Notes under the pieces: model-generated | The model's input: only the letters and a program-made list of their open reading frames with translations | What the model was told of the DNA's origin: nothing | Database searches by the model: none | Made by a program: the position numbers and the translations under genes | Assembly (NCBI GenBank): GCA_044342325.1 | Contig: JBIIPZ010000011.1 | Location: forward strand, 1 to 64,000 | Length of the DNA stretch: 64,000 nucleotides | Direction of reading: 5' to 3' | DNA from: Terrimicrobiaceae bacterium | Lineage (GTDB): Bacteria > Verrucomicrobiota > Verrucomicrobiia > Chthoniobacterales > Terrimicrobiaceae | Shown: positions 56,411 through 64,000 of the stretch, piece by piece | Layout: every line of letters starts with the position of its first letter | Numbering within the stretch: the first letter of the stretch is position 1

Positions 56411-57396
56411 CGCATTTCAGCAGCCACCTCCGCTGCGAAGTAAGTGAGAATCATATCCGCGCCAGCCCGCTTGATGGCCACGAGCGACTCGTCCCGGGTG
56501 CGCTTGTAGTCGAGCCAACCCAGGCGTGCCGCCGCATGAATTTGAGAAAATTCTCCACTCACTTGGTAAGCGGCGATCGGCGCGTCGCAGCTTTCCCGAA
56601 CAGAGCGGATGATGTCCAGATACGCTCCGGCTGGTTTGACCATGACGATGTCGGCTCCCTCCTCCAGATCAAGACGAACCTCGCGGAGGGCTTCCCGGGA
56701 GTTGGCCGGATCCATCTGGTAGGTCGATTTGCTGATCGCATCCTTGCCGATCTTGCTGCCCACAGCGTCGCGAAATGGCCCGTAGTAGGCCGAGGCATAC
56801 TTGGCGGCGTAGGACATGATGCCGGTCTGCGAAAAGCCTGCGGCATCCAGCGCACGGCGCACTGCGGCGATGCGGCCGTCCATCATATCCGAGGGAGCCA
56901 CAATATCGGCACCAGCCTGCGCTTCCATGACGGCCAAGCGGCAGAGCACCTCTACCGTGCTGTCGTTTTCAACGGATGAGCCATCCACCGAGAGCAGGCC
57001 GTCATGGCCATGATCAGTGTAGGGATCAAGCGCCACATCAGTGATGACAACCAGATTGGGAAACCTCTTTTTAACCTCTGAAACCGAGCGATAGAGAAGG
57101 TTCGCAGCATCGAAGGCATGCGAGCCGACATCATTTTTCAGCGAGGGATTAATGCTTGGAAAAATAGCCACCGCAGGAATGCGCAACTCCAGCGCGCGCT
57201 CGCAAGCGTGCAGCAGCGAGTCCTCACCAAGCCGCGAAACCCCAGGCATGGACTCGATCGCCAAGTCATCCTTCGATTCATGAATGAAAAGCGGCCAGAT
57301 CAAATCCTCCGGACGCAGGATCGTCTCACGGACAAGCCGACGAATGTTTTCAGAGCGCCTGTTGCGTCGGGGACGCTGGAGAATTTCAAGTGGCAT
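56407..57396 (-). CDS. hemB: Porphobilinogen synthase
   Basis: RPRRNR, DVALDPYTDHGHDG, APSDMMDGR, YYGPFRDA, VMVKPA, AYQVSGE. Confidence 0.96.
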   Translation of the reverse strand: MPLEILQRPRRNRRSENIRRLVRETILRPEDLIWPLFIHESKDDLAIESMPGVSRLGEDSLLHACERALELRIPAVAIFPSINPSLKNDVGSHAFDAANLLYRSVSEVKKRFPNLVVITDVALDPYTDHGHDGLLSVDGSSVENDSTVEVLCRLAVMEAQAGADIVAPSDMMDGRIAAVRRALDAAGFSQTGIMSYAAKYASAYYGPFRDAVGSKIGKDAISKSTYQMDPANSREALREVRLDLEEGADIVMVKPAGAYLDIIRSVRESCDAPIAAYQVSGEFSQIHAAARLGWLDYKRTRDESLVAIKRAGADMILTYFAAEVAAEMR

Positions 57397-57492
57397 GCGC
57401 GGAGGGTGCAACTCCGCCGGTGGATCGTCAAGACGACTGCTTGCGGGCTGAAATCCCTTCCCTCCCCTGCGTCGAAGGTTCATCCTCGCGGC

Positions 57493-58014
57493 ATGGACGA
57501 GCATTTTCCGAAGGACACCATCGAGTCGCTCTGGGCACCGTGGCGGGTTGAATATTTCCAGGCCGAACACCGCAGCGGGGTTGATTTCCTTTCCGAAGCT
57601 GCTGCCGCGAGTGATGACGCTGCGCACCTCGTGGTGGCGAGGCGCCCCACCGCTTTTCTGGTGATGAACAAATACCCCTACTCTGCCGGGCATCTCATGG
57701 CCGTTCCGTGCCGGAAGGTCTGCAAAATGTCGGAGGTCACCGAGGATGAAATCCTCGATCTCTGGCGATTGAGTGTCCACGCGCAGAGGTTGCTTGAGAT
57801 CGCGGTGAAGGCCCAAGGATTCAATGTCGGCTGGAATCTCGGCAAGGTCTCTGGAGCTGGCGTGGAAGACCACCTGCACATCCATATCGTTCCCCGCTGG
57901 GTGGGCGACTCGAATTTCATCGCCGTGGTCGGCGGAACACGCATCATCCCGGAAGGCCTGATGCCACTTTACGAGCGACTGGTAGCCATCGACAAAGAAC
58001 TCAACATTTCATGA
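57493..58014 (+). CDS. HIT family hydrolase
   Basis: LWAPWR, NKYPYSAGH, HLHIHIVPRW. Confidence 0.92.
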   Translation: MDEHFPKDTIESLWAPWRVEYFQAEHRSGVDFLSEAAAASDDAAHLVVARRPTAFLVMNKYPYSAGHLMAVPCRKVCKMSEVTEDEILDLWRLSVHAQRLLEIAVKAQGFNVGWNLGKVSGAGVEDHLHIHIVPRWVGDSNFIAVVGGTRIIPEGLMPLYERLVAIDKELNIS

Positions 58015-59186
58015 AACCAACCACACTCGGTCCTGTCACAGAAGGGATTCCTAAAAAACTGCGCCGCGTCAGCGAACCAGCCATCTCGAAGGTCGCCGTC
58101 CGTCGGAAGCCAGCGCCCTCGCAGGATTTTTCCTTCAGCCTGAAACCGGCAGATATCGCCCGGCATCTGAACCGCTTTGTCATTGGCCAAAACGAGGCCA
58201 AGAAAGTCCTCGGAGTTGCTCTCTGCGATCACTTCCAGCATGTGCGCCTTACGCTGGAGGGTCAGGAAGCTCCCTTTTATCAAAAGCAGAATGTCCTCCT
58301 GCTAGGCCCCACCGGAGTTGGAAAAACCCACCTCATCCGCTCGGCGGCTGATCTTATCGGAGTTCCCTTCGTAAAAGCAGATGCCACCAAGTTCAGCGAA
58401 ACCGGCTATGTAGGCGGCGATGTGGACGACCTCGTGCGCGACCTCATCCGCCGCGCTGGTGGTGATATCAAACGCGCCTCCCACGGCATTATCTACCTCG
58501 ATGAAGTGGACAAGCTCGCTGGGTCAACTGAGGGCGGTGGACGCGATGTCTCTGGGCGCGGCGTTCAAACAAACCTTCTCAAACTCATGGAGGACGGCGA
58601 TGTGCCGGTGCTGTCGCCAAATGATGTGACCGGCCAACTCCAGTCCGCCATGAGTGCCGCCCGTGGCAACACGCCAGGAATGCCCGACACCATCTCGACC
58701 CGCCACATCCTCTTTATCGCCAGTGGAGCCTTTGTCGGCCTGGATGGAATTATCCGCTCCCGCCTCGGTCAAAACTCGATGTCACCCGCGAAGGCTCTGG
58801 CTCAGGCTGGCACGAGCGACTTCATTCGCTTTGGGCTCGAACCGGAATTCATCGGGCGCCTCCCCGTGCGTGTCGCCTGCCATGCGCTCGACGAGGACGA
58901 CCTTTTCAAGGTTTTGGAAAAAAGCGAAAGCAGCTTGATCCACCAATACAAACGATCTTTCGCCGCCTACGGCATCAATCTCCGCTTCGAGCCTTGCGCG
59001 CTGCGCAAGCTCGCCGCGCTGGCCCGCACCGAGGAAACCGGTGCCCGAGGTCTCATGACCGTTCTCGAGCGCACCTTCCGAGACCTCAAGTTCCGCCTGC
59101 CCTCAACCCGCCTGCGCGCGCTGACTATTACCGAGCAAACGGTGGAAAATCCCGCCGCCGCGCTGGCGAAGCTCTTGAAAAAATGA
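58011..59186 (+). CDS. ClpX-like AAA+ ATPase
   Basis: GPTGVGKT, DATKFSETGYVG, IIYLDEVDK, RDVSGRGVQ, PEFIGRLP, TGARGL. Confidence 0.88.
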   Translation: MKPTTLGPVTEGIPKKLRRVSEPAISKVAVRRKPAPSQDFSFSLKPADIARHLNRFVIGQNEAKKVLGVALCDHFQHVRLTLEGQEAPFYQKQNVLLLGPTGVGKTHLIRSAADLIGVPFVKADATKFSETGYVGGDVDDLVRDLIRRAGGDIKRASHGIIYLDEVDKLAGSTEGGGRDVSGRGVQTNLLKLMEDGDVPVLSPNDVTGQLQSAMSAARGNTPGMPDTISTRHILFIASGAFVGLDGIIRSRLGQNSMSPAKALAQAGTSDFIRFGLEPEFIGRLPVRVACHALDEDDLFKVLEKSESSLIHQYKRSFAAYGINLRFEPCALRKLAALARTEETGARGLMTVLERTFRDLKFRLPSTRLRALTITEQTVENPAAALAKLLKK

Positions 59187-60976
59187 CGCGTCCGCTGGTC
59201 GTCTTCGACGGTGCCTGCGGATTCTGCCGGCAGTGGATCGAACGCTGGCGGGAAATGACGGGAGACGCCGTGGACTACCGCCCCTCCTCGGAGGCAGTAG
59301 CGGATTATCCAGAGATCCCGCAGGAGGAATTCGACCGGGCGGTGCAGTTGATTCGCCCGGATAGAACCCGCTCGTCCGGCGCCGCAGCCGTATTGGAACT
59401 CACCGCCCCCCACAGCACCGCCGCGAGGGCAGGATTTTTCCTTAACAACCGGCTTCCGGTTTTTGCGCAGATGCTCGAGTCCGCCTATGGATTCGTGGCG
59501 GCAAACCGGGTTGTTTTTTCAAAGCTCACAAAACTCCTCTGGGGCTCATCCGCCCGACGTCCGACCTTTGCGATCGCCAACGCCGTCTTCCTTCGAGCGC
59601 TGGCGCTGATTTTTCTCATGGCACTGGTTTCGTATTGGCATCAGGCCGCCGGCTTGAATGCGATCCTTCCGGTCGCACCGTTTTTCGAAGCTGCCCGCAA
59701 TCAACTCGGCGCAGAGGCGTATTGGGCACTGCCATCACTCGCCTGGCTATCACCCGGACTGGAGATTTTAAACACTCTCGTCGGAATCGGTTTTGCCGCT
59801 TCAATACTGGCTTTGCTGGGAGTCTTGCAGCCGCTCTGCTTTCTGACCCTCTGGGCCGTCATGCTGTCCCTCTGTGTCGCCGGGCGGGATTTCTACAGCT
59901 TCCAGTGGGACGCGCTACTCATCGAGGTCGGCTTCCTCACGGTATTTCTCTCGCCATGGCGATTGCGCCCGAATCTCTCTGCGTGCGAGCCTCCCCGACT
60001 GGCGCGGTTTCTGGCTGTGGCGCTTTTATTCCGCCTCATGTTCAGCTCCGGGGTGGTGAAGCTCACCAGCGGCGATCCGAGTTGGCGCAGCCTCACAGCG
60101 CTCGAGTTCCATTTTTTCACCCAGCCCCTGCCAAACCCGCTCGCCTGGTTCGCCCAGCAGCTTCCAGCGGAAATTCTCGTGGCCAGTTGCGCGCTCATGT
60201 TTATCATCGAACTCCTCCTTCCCTTCGCTTTTTTCCTACCGAGGAATCCCAGACTGCTTGCCGCATGGTCCACCATCGCGCTGCAGGCAGGAATCGCGCT
60301 CACAGGCAATTTCGCCTTCTTCAACTTCCTCTCCACCGCCTTGTGCCTTTTCCTTCTCGATGACCGCTGCTGGCCTGCATTTCTTCAGAAAAAACCGGCG
60401 CCCGCCGTGTTTGTGACGCGATGGATGCGAATCCCGGTTCTCGCTTCAATCCTTTTGCTCTCACTCATCCCCCTCGCCTCGGCGTTCCGAGCGATTCCAA
60501 GTTTTCTCGCGCCTCTCGCCGGAGTCCATTCGCTCCTTGCGCCGTTTCGAACCATCAACGGCTACGGACTTTTCGCCGTCATGACCACGCAGCGTCGCGA
60601 AATCATCGTCCAAGGCAGCAACGACGGCCACGAGTGGAAGACCTACGAATTCCGCTACAAGCCAGGGGCTCCCGACCACGCTCTCCCTGCCGTCGCCCCA
60701 CACCAACCGCGACTCGACTGGCAAATGTGGTTCGCCGCGCTCGGCCTCGTGGAGACGACTCCGTGGTTTCAATCCTTCCTCGCCCGCCTGCTTGAAGGCT
60801 CCCCCGAAGTTCTGGCCCTGCTCGAAAACAACCCCTTCCCCGAGGAACCTCCCAAATACATCCGCGCCGTTCTCGACAACTACACCTTCACACCCCCCGA
60901 AGAACGCGAGCACAGCGGTGCAGTCTGGAATCGGGAACCCCTCGCGATCTACTGCCCTCCAGCATCCCTGCGCTAA
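59183..60976 (+). CDS. DCC1-like thiol-disulfide domain fused to lipase maturation factor (LMF) domain
   Basis: FDGACGFC; FQWDALLIEVGF, FSSGVVKL, YGLFAVMT, PHQPRLDWQMWFA. Confidence 0.9.
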   Translation: MTRPLVVFDGACGFCRQWIERWREMTGDAVDYRPSSEAVADYPEIPQEEFDRAVQLIRPDRTRSSGAAAVLELTAPHSTAARAGFFLNNRLPVFAQMLESAYGFVAANRVVFSKLTKLLWGSSARRPTFAIANAVFLRALALIFLMALVSYWHQAAGLNAILPVAPFFEAARNQLGAEAYWALPSLAWLSPGLEILNTLVGIGFAASILALLGVLQPLCFLTLWAVMLSLCVAGRDFYSFQWDALLIEVGFLTVFLSPWRLRPNLSACEPPRLARFLAVALLFRLMFSSGVVKLTSGDPSWRSLTALEFHFFTQPLPNPLAWFAQQLPAEILVASCALMFIIELLLPFAFFLPRNPRLLAAWSTIALQAGIALTGNFAFFNFLSTALCLFLLDDRCWPAFLQKKPAPAVFVTRWMRIPVLASILLLSLIPLASAFRAIPSFLAPLAGVHSLLAPFRTINGYGLFAVMTTQRREIIVQGSNDGHEWKTYEFRYKPGAPDHALPAVAPHQPRLDWQMWFAALGLVETTPWFQSFLARLLEGSPEVLALLENNPFPEEPPKYIRAVLDNYTFTPPEEREHSGAVWNREPLAIYCPPASLR

Positions 60977-61046
60977 TTCAGAACCGCCCGATAGTCCGAC
61001 GGCCCGGAGACATTGCTTCACCGCTCGAGGGGTGTATATTCCTTGT

Positions 61047-61289
61047 ATGACTTTGAGCCTGCCAGATATTCCGAGCACAGCTCGGATGGACGAGTTCGAG
61101 TTGCGTCTTGAACTCGCCTGCGCTTTGTATGCGCGGGGAAGAATCTCTGCAGTTGCCGGCTCGCACTTGGCAGGAATCGATCTCGTCACCTTTCAGGGAG
61201 CCTTGGCAGATCGCGACATTCCACGGAGCTATTCTGTCAGTGACCTACACAGCGATCTCGCAGCCATGGATCGCATACTCGGCGTGTGA
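61047..61289 (+). CDS. UPF0175 family putative antitoxin
   Basis: LRLELACALYARGRIS, FQGALADRDIP; GTGA overlap with the PIN gene. Confidence 0.82.
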   Translation: MTLSLPDIPSTARMDEFELRLELACALYARGRISAVAGSHLAGIDLVTFQGALADRDIPRSYSVSDLHSDLAAMDRILGV

Positions 61290-61771
61290 TTGTTGTCGCA
61301 GACACCTCTGTCATTCTCAATCTCGCGCTGGTCGGACACGAGAATCTGCTCGATACCATTTTTCATGAGGTTGTGGTTCCTCCCGCCGTTCAGGCCGAGT
61401 TTGTCCGTCTTGCAGCCTCCTCTGGACGCTTCGCCGGTCTGACTCTTCCCAATTGGATTCGGGTTCAAGCGCCAAAAACCATCCCAACTTTAATCGCAGG
61501 CGATGCGGATCTCGATCCTGGTGAATCCCAGGCTCTCGCCCTCGCTCTGGAAATCTGCGCTGACGGAGTTCTCATCGATGAGGCGCATGGACGCTTCATT
61601 GCTATTGAGCTTGGTCTCACCCCGATCGGTGTCTTGGGCATTCTTGTTCGCGCAAAGCGCGATGGACTTCTACCAACCATGGCACCTGTCATAAAGGCCC
61701 TCTTGGCGAAGGCCCGTTTCCGAGTCTCCGATGCTCTCATCCTCGAAGCGCTTCGACTTGCAGGCGAATAA
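61286..61771 (+). CDS. DUF3368 PIN-domain putative toxin
   Basis: VVADTS, LDPGESQAL, LIDE, GVLGILVRAK, LRLAGE. Confidence 0.88.
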   Translation: MIVVADTSVILNLALVGHENLLDTIFHEVVVPPAVQAEFVRLAASSGRFAGLTLPNWIRVQAPKTIPTLIAGDADLDPGESQALALALEICADGVLIDEAHGRFIAIELGLTPIGVLGILVRAKRDGLLPTMAPVIKALLAKARFRVSDALILEALRLAGE

Positions 61772-61861
61772 AACAGCATTAGGAACGCCTTTTACCAAAG
61801 TCACTTTGCTTTTGGACTTTGAAATGTAGCGCGTGCCTCCTCACAAAATCCAAAAAAATGA

Positions 61862-61883
61862 TTTTGCTGTCCATGATTTTGCC
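61862..61883. repeat. REP-like half element
   Basis: Part of ATGATTTTGCTGTCCATGATTTTGCC, which resembles ATGATTCTGACATCCATGATTCTGCC at 4975. Confidence 0.45.
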
Positions 61884-61937
61884 AATTTTCCCCCAACCGC
61901 AGTAGCGAGGAACACGCGATTAGCTTGTCAAAACGCG

Positions 61938-61956
61938 ATTGAGATGCGATCTCAAT
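61938..61956. promoter_or_regulatory. 19-bp palindromic operator (Fur-family-like)
   Basis: ATTGAGAT-GCG-ATCTCAAT ending 4 nt before ATG 61961. Confidence 0.55.
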
Positions 61957-61960
61957 AAGG

Positions 61961-62848
61961 ATGCGCGTGGCTTCTTTTTTCAAAACATTTCTCTCGTTGG
62001 CATTTGTGCTGTTTGCCGTGATCTCGCCAGCCTTTTCAGAGGAATTGGCACCCGAGGTCGTGGTAGCTTTGAAGCCCGACAAGGATCCGGACAGAATGTT
62101 TTCCGAGCGCACGGCCCTCGCAGAAGCTCTTGGAGCAGCCATCGGGCGTCCGGTGAAAGTGATTATCCCCCTCTCCTCGGCGGTGATTGTCGAGGGCCTT
62201 TCAAACGGGTCCATCGACCTTGGCTACCTGAGCGCGACAGACATGGTGAACGCCCGCAAAACCAATGCCGCCGATGTCCTTCTGGTGGGCGAAATCGACG
62301 GTGAGCGTCATTACGAGAGCCTGTGGATTGCCCTTGCCGACAAGCCCTACAAATCGATTGCCGATCTGCGGGGCAAGCCGATCGCCTTCGCCAGCCGCAC
62401 GAGCACATCCGGATACCTCATTCCACTTCTGGATTTGAAAAATGCCGGTCTCATTTCGACAAAACCCGAGGATTTATTCGGACAAGGGAATGTCTGGTAT
62501 GGAACAGGATACATGAGCGCCATCGAGCGGGTTCTGGCCGGCGAGGCCGAGGCGGCGGCTGTGAGTGATTATGTGTTTGAAAAAGACAAACACCTCACGC
62601 CAGATCAAAAAGCTCGGCTCAGAGTAGTCGATACGCAGGGACCGGTGCCCACGCATGTGCTCGCGATCTCGAAACGCCTTTCGCCAGATGCCCGCCAGCA
62701 GCTTCTCAAAGCCGTCCAGGATTTTTCAGACAAAAACCCGACCTTGAGAGATGCCGTGTTCACCTCCCGCTTGGTGGAGTGCGATGCGGATGCCCACCTG
62801 CTGCCAGTAGTGAACGCCTTGGACTTTGTGCACGGTCAACAGAACTGA
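61961..62848 (+). CDS. phnD: Phosphate/phosphite/phosphonate ABC substrate-binding protein
   Basis: Signal peptide, DLRGKPIAFASRTSTSGYLIP. Confidence 0.85.
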   Translation: MRVASFFKTFLSLAFVLFAVISPAFSEELAPEVVVALKPDKDPDRMFSERTALAEALGAAIGRPVKVIIPLSSAVIVEGLSNGSIDLGYLSATDMVNARKTNAADVLLVGEIDGERHYESLWIALADKPYKSIADLRGKPIAFASRTSTSGYLIPLLDLKNAGLISTKPEDLFGQGNVWYGTGYMSAIERVLAGEAEAAAVSDYVFEKDKHLTPDQKARLRVVDTQGPVPTHVLAISKRLSPDARQQLLKAVQDFSDKNPTLRDAVFTSRLVECDADAHLLPVVNALDFVHGQQN

Positions 62849-62851
62849 GCG

Positions 62852-63556
62852 ATGACCCGCAACGGAACGAATCAAATTCATATCGAAGATCTCACGGTCT
62901 CGCGCGGTGGTCGTCCCGTTCTGGAAAAACTCAATCTCTCCGTGCGGCGAGGCAGTTTTGTCTCGATCGAGGGCCACTCGGGCGTCGGGAAGAGCAGCCT
63001 CTTGAGCTGCCTCGCGGGCCTGCTGAAGCCATCCAGCGGCGCGATCACCTACCATTGCCGCAAAGGCTGCGCCCACACGCCAAACCAGTTCCAGGAACGC
63101 TTGGGTTTGGTTTTTCAACACCTGCGCCTGACGGCAAATGCCACTGCCGAGGTGAATGTGCTTTGCGGCCTGCTCGGAACGCGCCCGGGCTGGAGAACGC
63201 TTTTTGGCTTTCCAAGTTCCGACCGCTCCCAAGCCAACCGGCTTCTCGCTCAACTGGGGCTGAAATCCCTCGCCTACAAGCCTGTTTCGCAACTCTCGGG
63301 AGGTGAGCGCCAACGCGTTGCCGTGGCCCGAGCGCTTATTTCCGAGCCAGAGTGCCTTCTGGCCGACGAACCCGTTTCAAACCTCGATCCCGCGACCGCA
63401 CGCAGCGTTCTCGGTCTCCTGAAATCCGAGTGCACAAGAAATGGCTGCACCGTTTTCTGCGCCCTGCACGACCGCGCGCTCGCAGAGGAATTTGCAGACG
63501 CCACCCTGCGTCTCAACGCGGGAAATTGGGAATTATCGGGGGGAGGCGCCTGTTGA
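62852..63556 (+). CDS. phnC: Phosphonate-type ABC transporter ATPase
   Basis: GHSGVGKS, LSGGERQRVAVAR, LLADEPVSNLDP. Confidence 0.85.
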   Translation: MTRNGTNQIHIEDLTVSRGGRPVLEKLNLSVRRGSFVSIEGHSGVGKSSLLSCLAGLLKPSSGAITYHCRKGCAHTPNQFQERLGLVFQHLRLTANATAEVNVLCGLLGTRPGWRTLFGFPSSDRSQANRLLAQLGLKSLAYKPVSQLSGGERQRVAVARALISEPECLLADEPVSNLDPATARSVLGLLKSECTRNGCTVFCALHDRALAEEFADATLRLNAGNWELSGGGAC

Positions 63557-64000
63557 GGCCCCGGCTTGATGCGCCCCGTGTGGCGTTTTTGCTTCTTCTT
63601 TTGGCTGTCCTCTTCTCCCTGCCAGTCATCGCCCCCTCCGGCCGCACGCTCGACTATGCGGCAAATCTCACGCGCTTTCTTTCACGATTCTGGCCGCCGG
63701 ATTTTTCCATCCTACCCCAGATCCTGCCCTCGCTGTGGGAGACATTTCAAATGGCCGTTCTAGCGACAACAGCTGCCGCGATCCTCTCGATACCGGTGGC
63801 TGCCGCAGCCTCCAAAACCACCGCGCCGACGCCCGTCGTCGCGCTGATGCGATTTTTACTCAATGCCATCCGCGCCATTCCCGGACTCGTCTGGGCCCTC
63901 CTCACCGTTGCCGTCCTGGGAGCGAATCCCGGCGCCGGCGTTCTCGCCCTCTCGATCTACTCGATCGGCTACCTCGGGAAATTTTTCAGCGATGCCTTCG
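63553..64000 (+). CDS. phnE: Phosphonate-type ABC permease (truncated by window edge)
   Basis: Hand translation from TTG 63553: ...FLSRFWPPDFS...LWETFQMAV...NAIRAIPGLVWAL...GYLGKFFSDAF. Confidence 0.85.
   Translation, partial: MRPRLDAPRVAFLLLLLAVLFSLPVIAPSGRTLDYAANLTRFLSRFWPPDFSILPQILPSLWETFQMAVLATTAAAILSIPVAAAASKTTAPTPVVALMRFLLNAIRAIPGLVWALLTVAVLGANPGAGVLALSIYSIGYLGKFFSDAF

Overview
The window looks like a Verrucomicrobiota chromosome segment (Chthoniobacterales/Terrimicrobium-like). This is inferred from gene content and style, not from a search. The left 26 kb is an accessory glycan-utilisation region, almost all on the minus strand. It holds a >1550-aa beta-strand-repeat surface protein that runs off the window, a secreted-protein/CBM-glycoside hydrolase/prepilin operon, a 13-gene sugar catabolic operon and an AraC regulator. 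The operon contains sialidase-like, lyxose isomerase-like, GH29, dgoD, YhcH, dgoK, 2-hydroxyacid dehydrogenase, SGNH, NagB-like, a nonsense-interrupted PfkB, a small alpha/beta protein, an amidohydrolase and araD. Two AAA-DUF4143-type ATPases and several REP-like or direct repeats are interspersed. The three glycan-related units share a conserved tandem 20-bp direct-repeat operator, which suggests one AraC regulon linking adhesin, pilin, hydrolases and catabolism. The remaining 38 kb is core genome around a probable replication origin: rpsN, psd, pssA, an rsmA-Nudix fusion, tRNA-Leu, dnaA without dnaN, atpBEFHAG without atpDC, recD2, a Ser/Thr kinase, yebC, cca, hemB, HIT, a ClpX-like ATPase, DCC-LMF, a PIN toxin-antitoxin pair and a PhnDCE-type transporter. 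It has two DnaA-box clusters 6 kb apart and, between them, two perfect 38-bp palindromes that are candidate non-canonical parS-like sites. No CRISPR array, integrase, transposase or rRNA was seen. All product calls come from motif recognition by eye.
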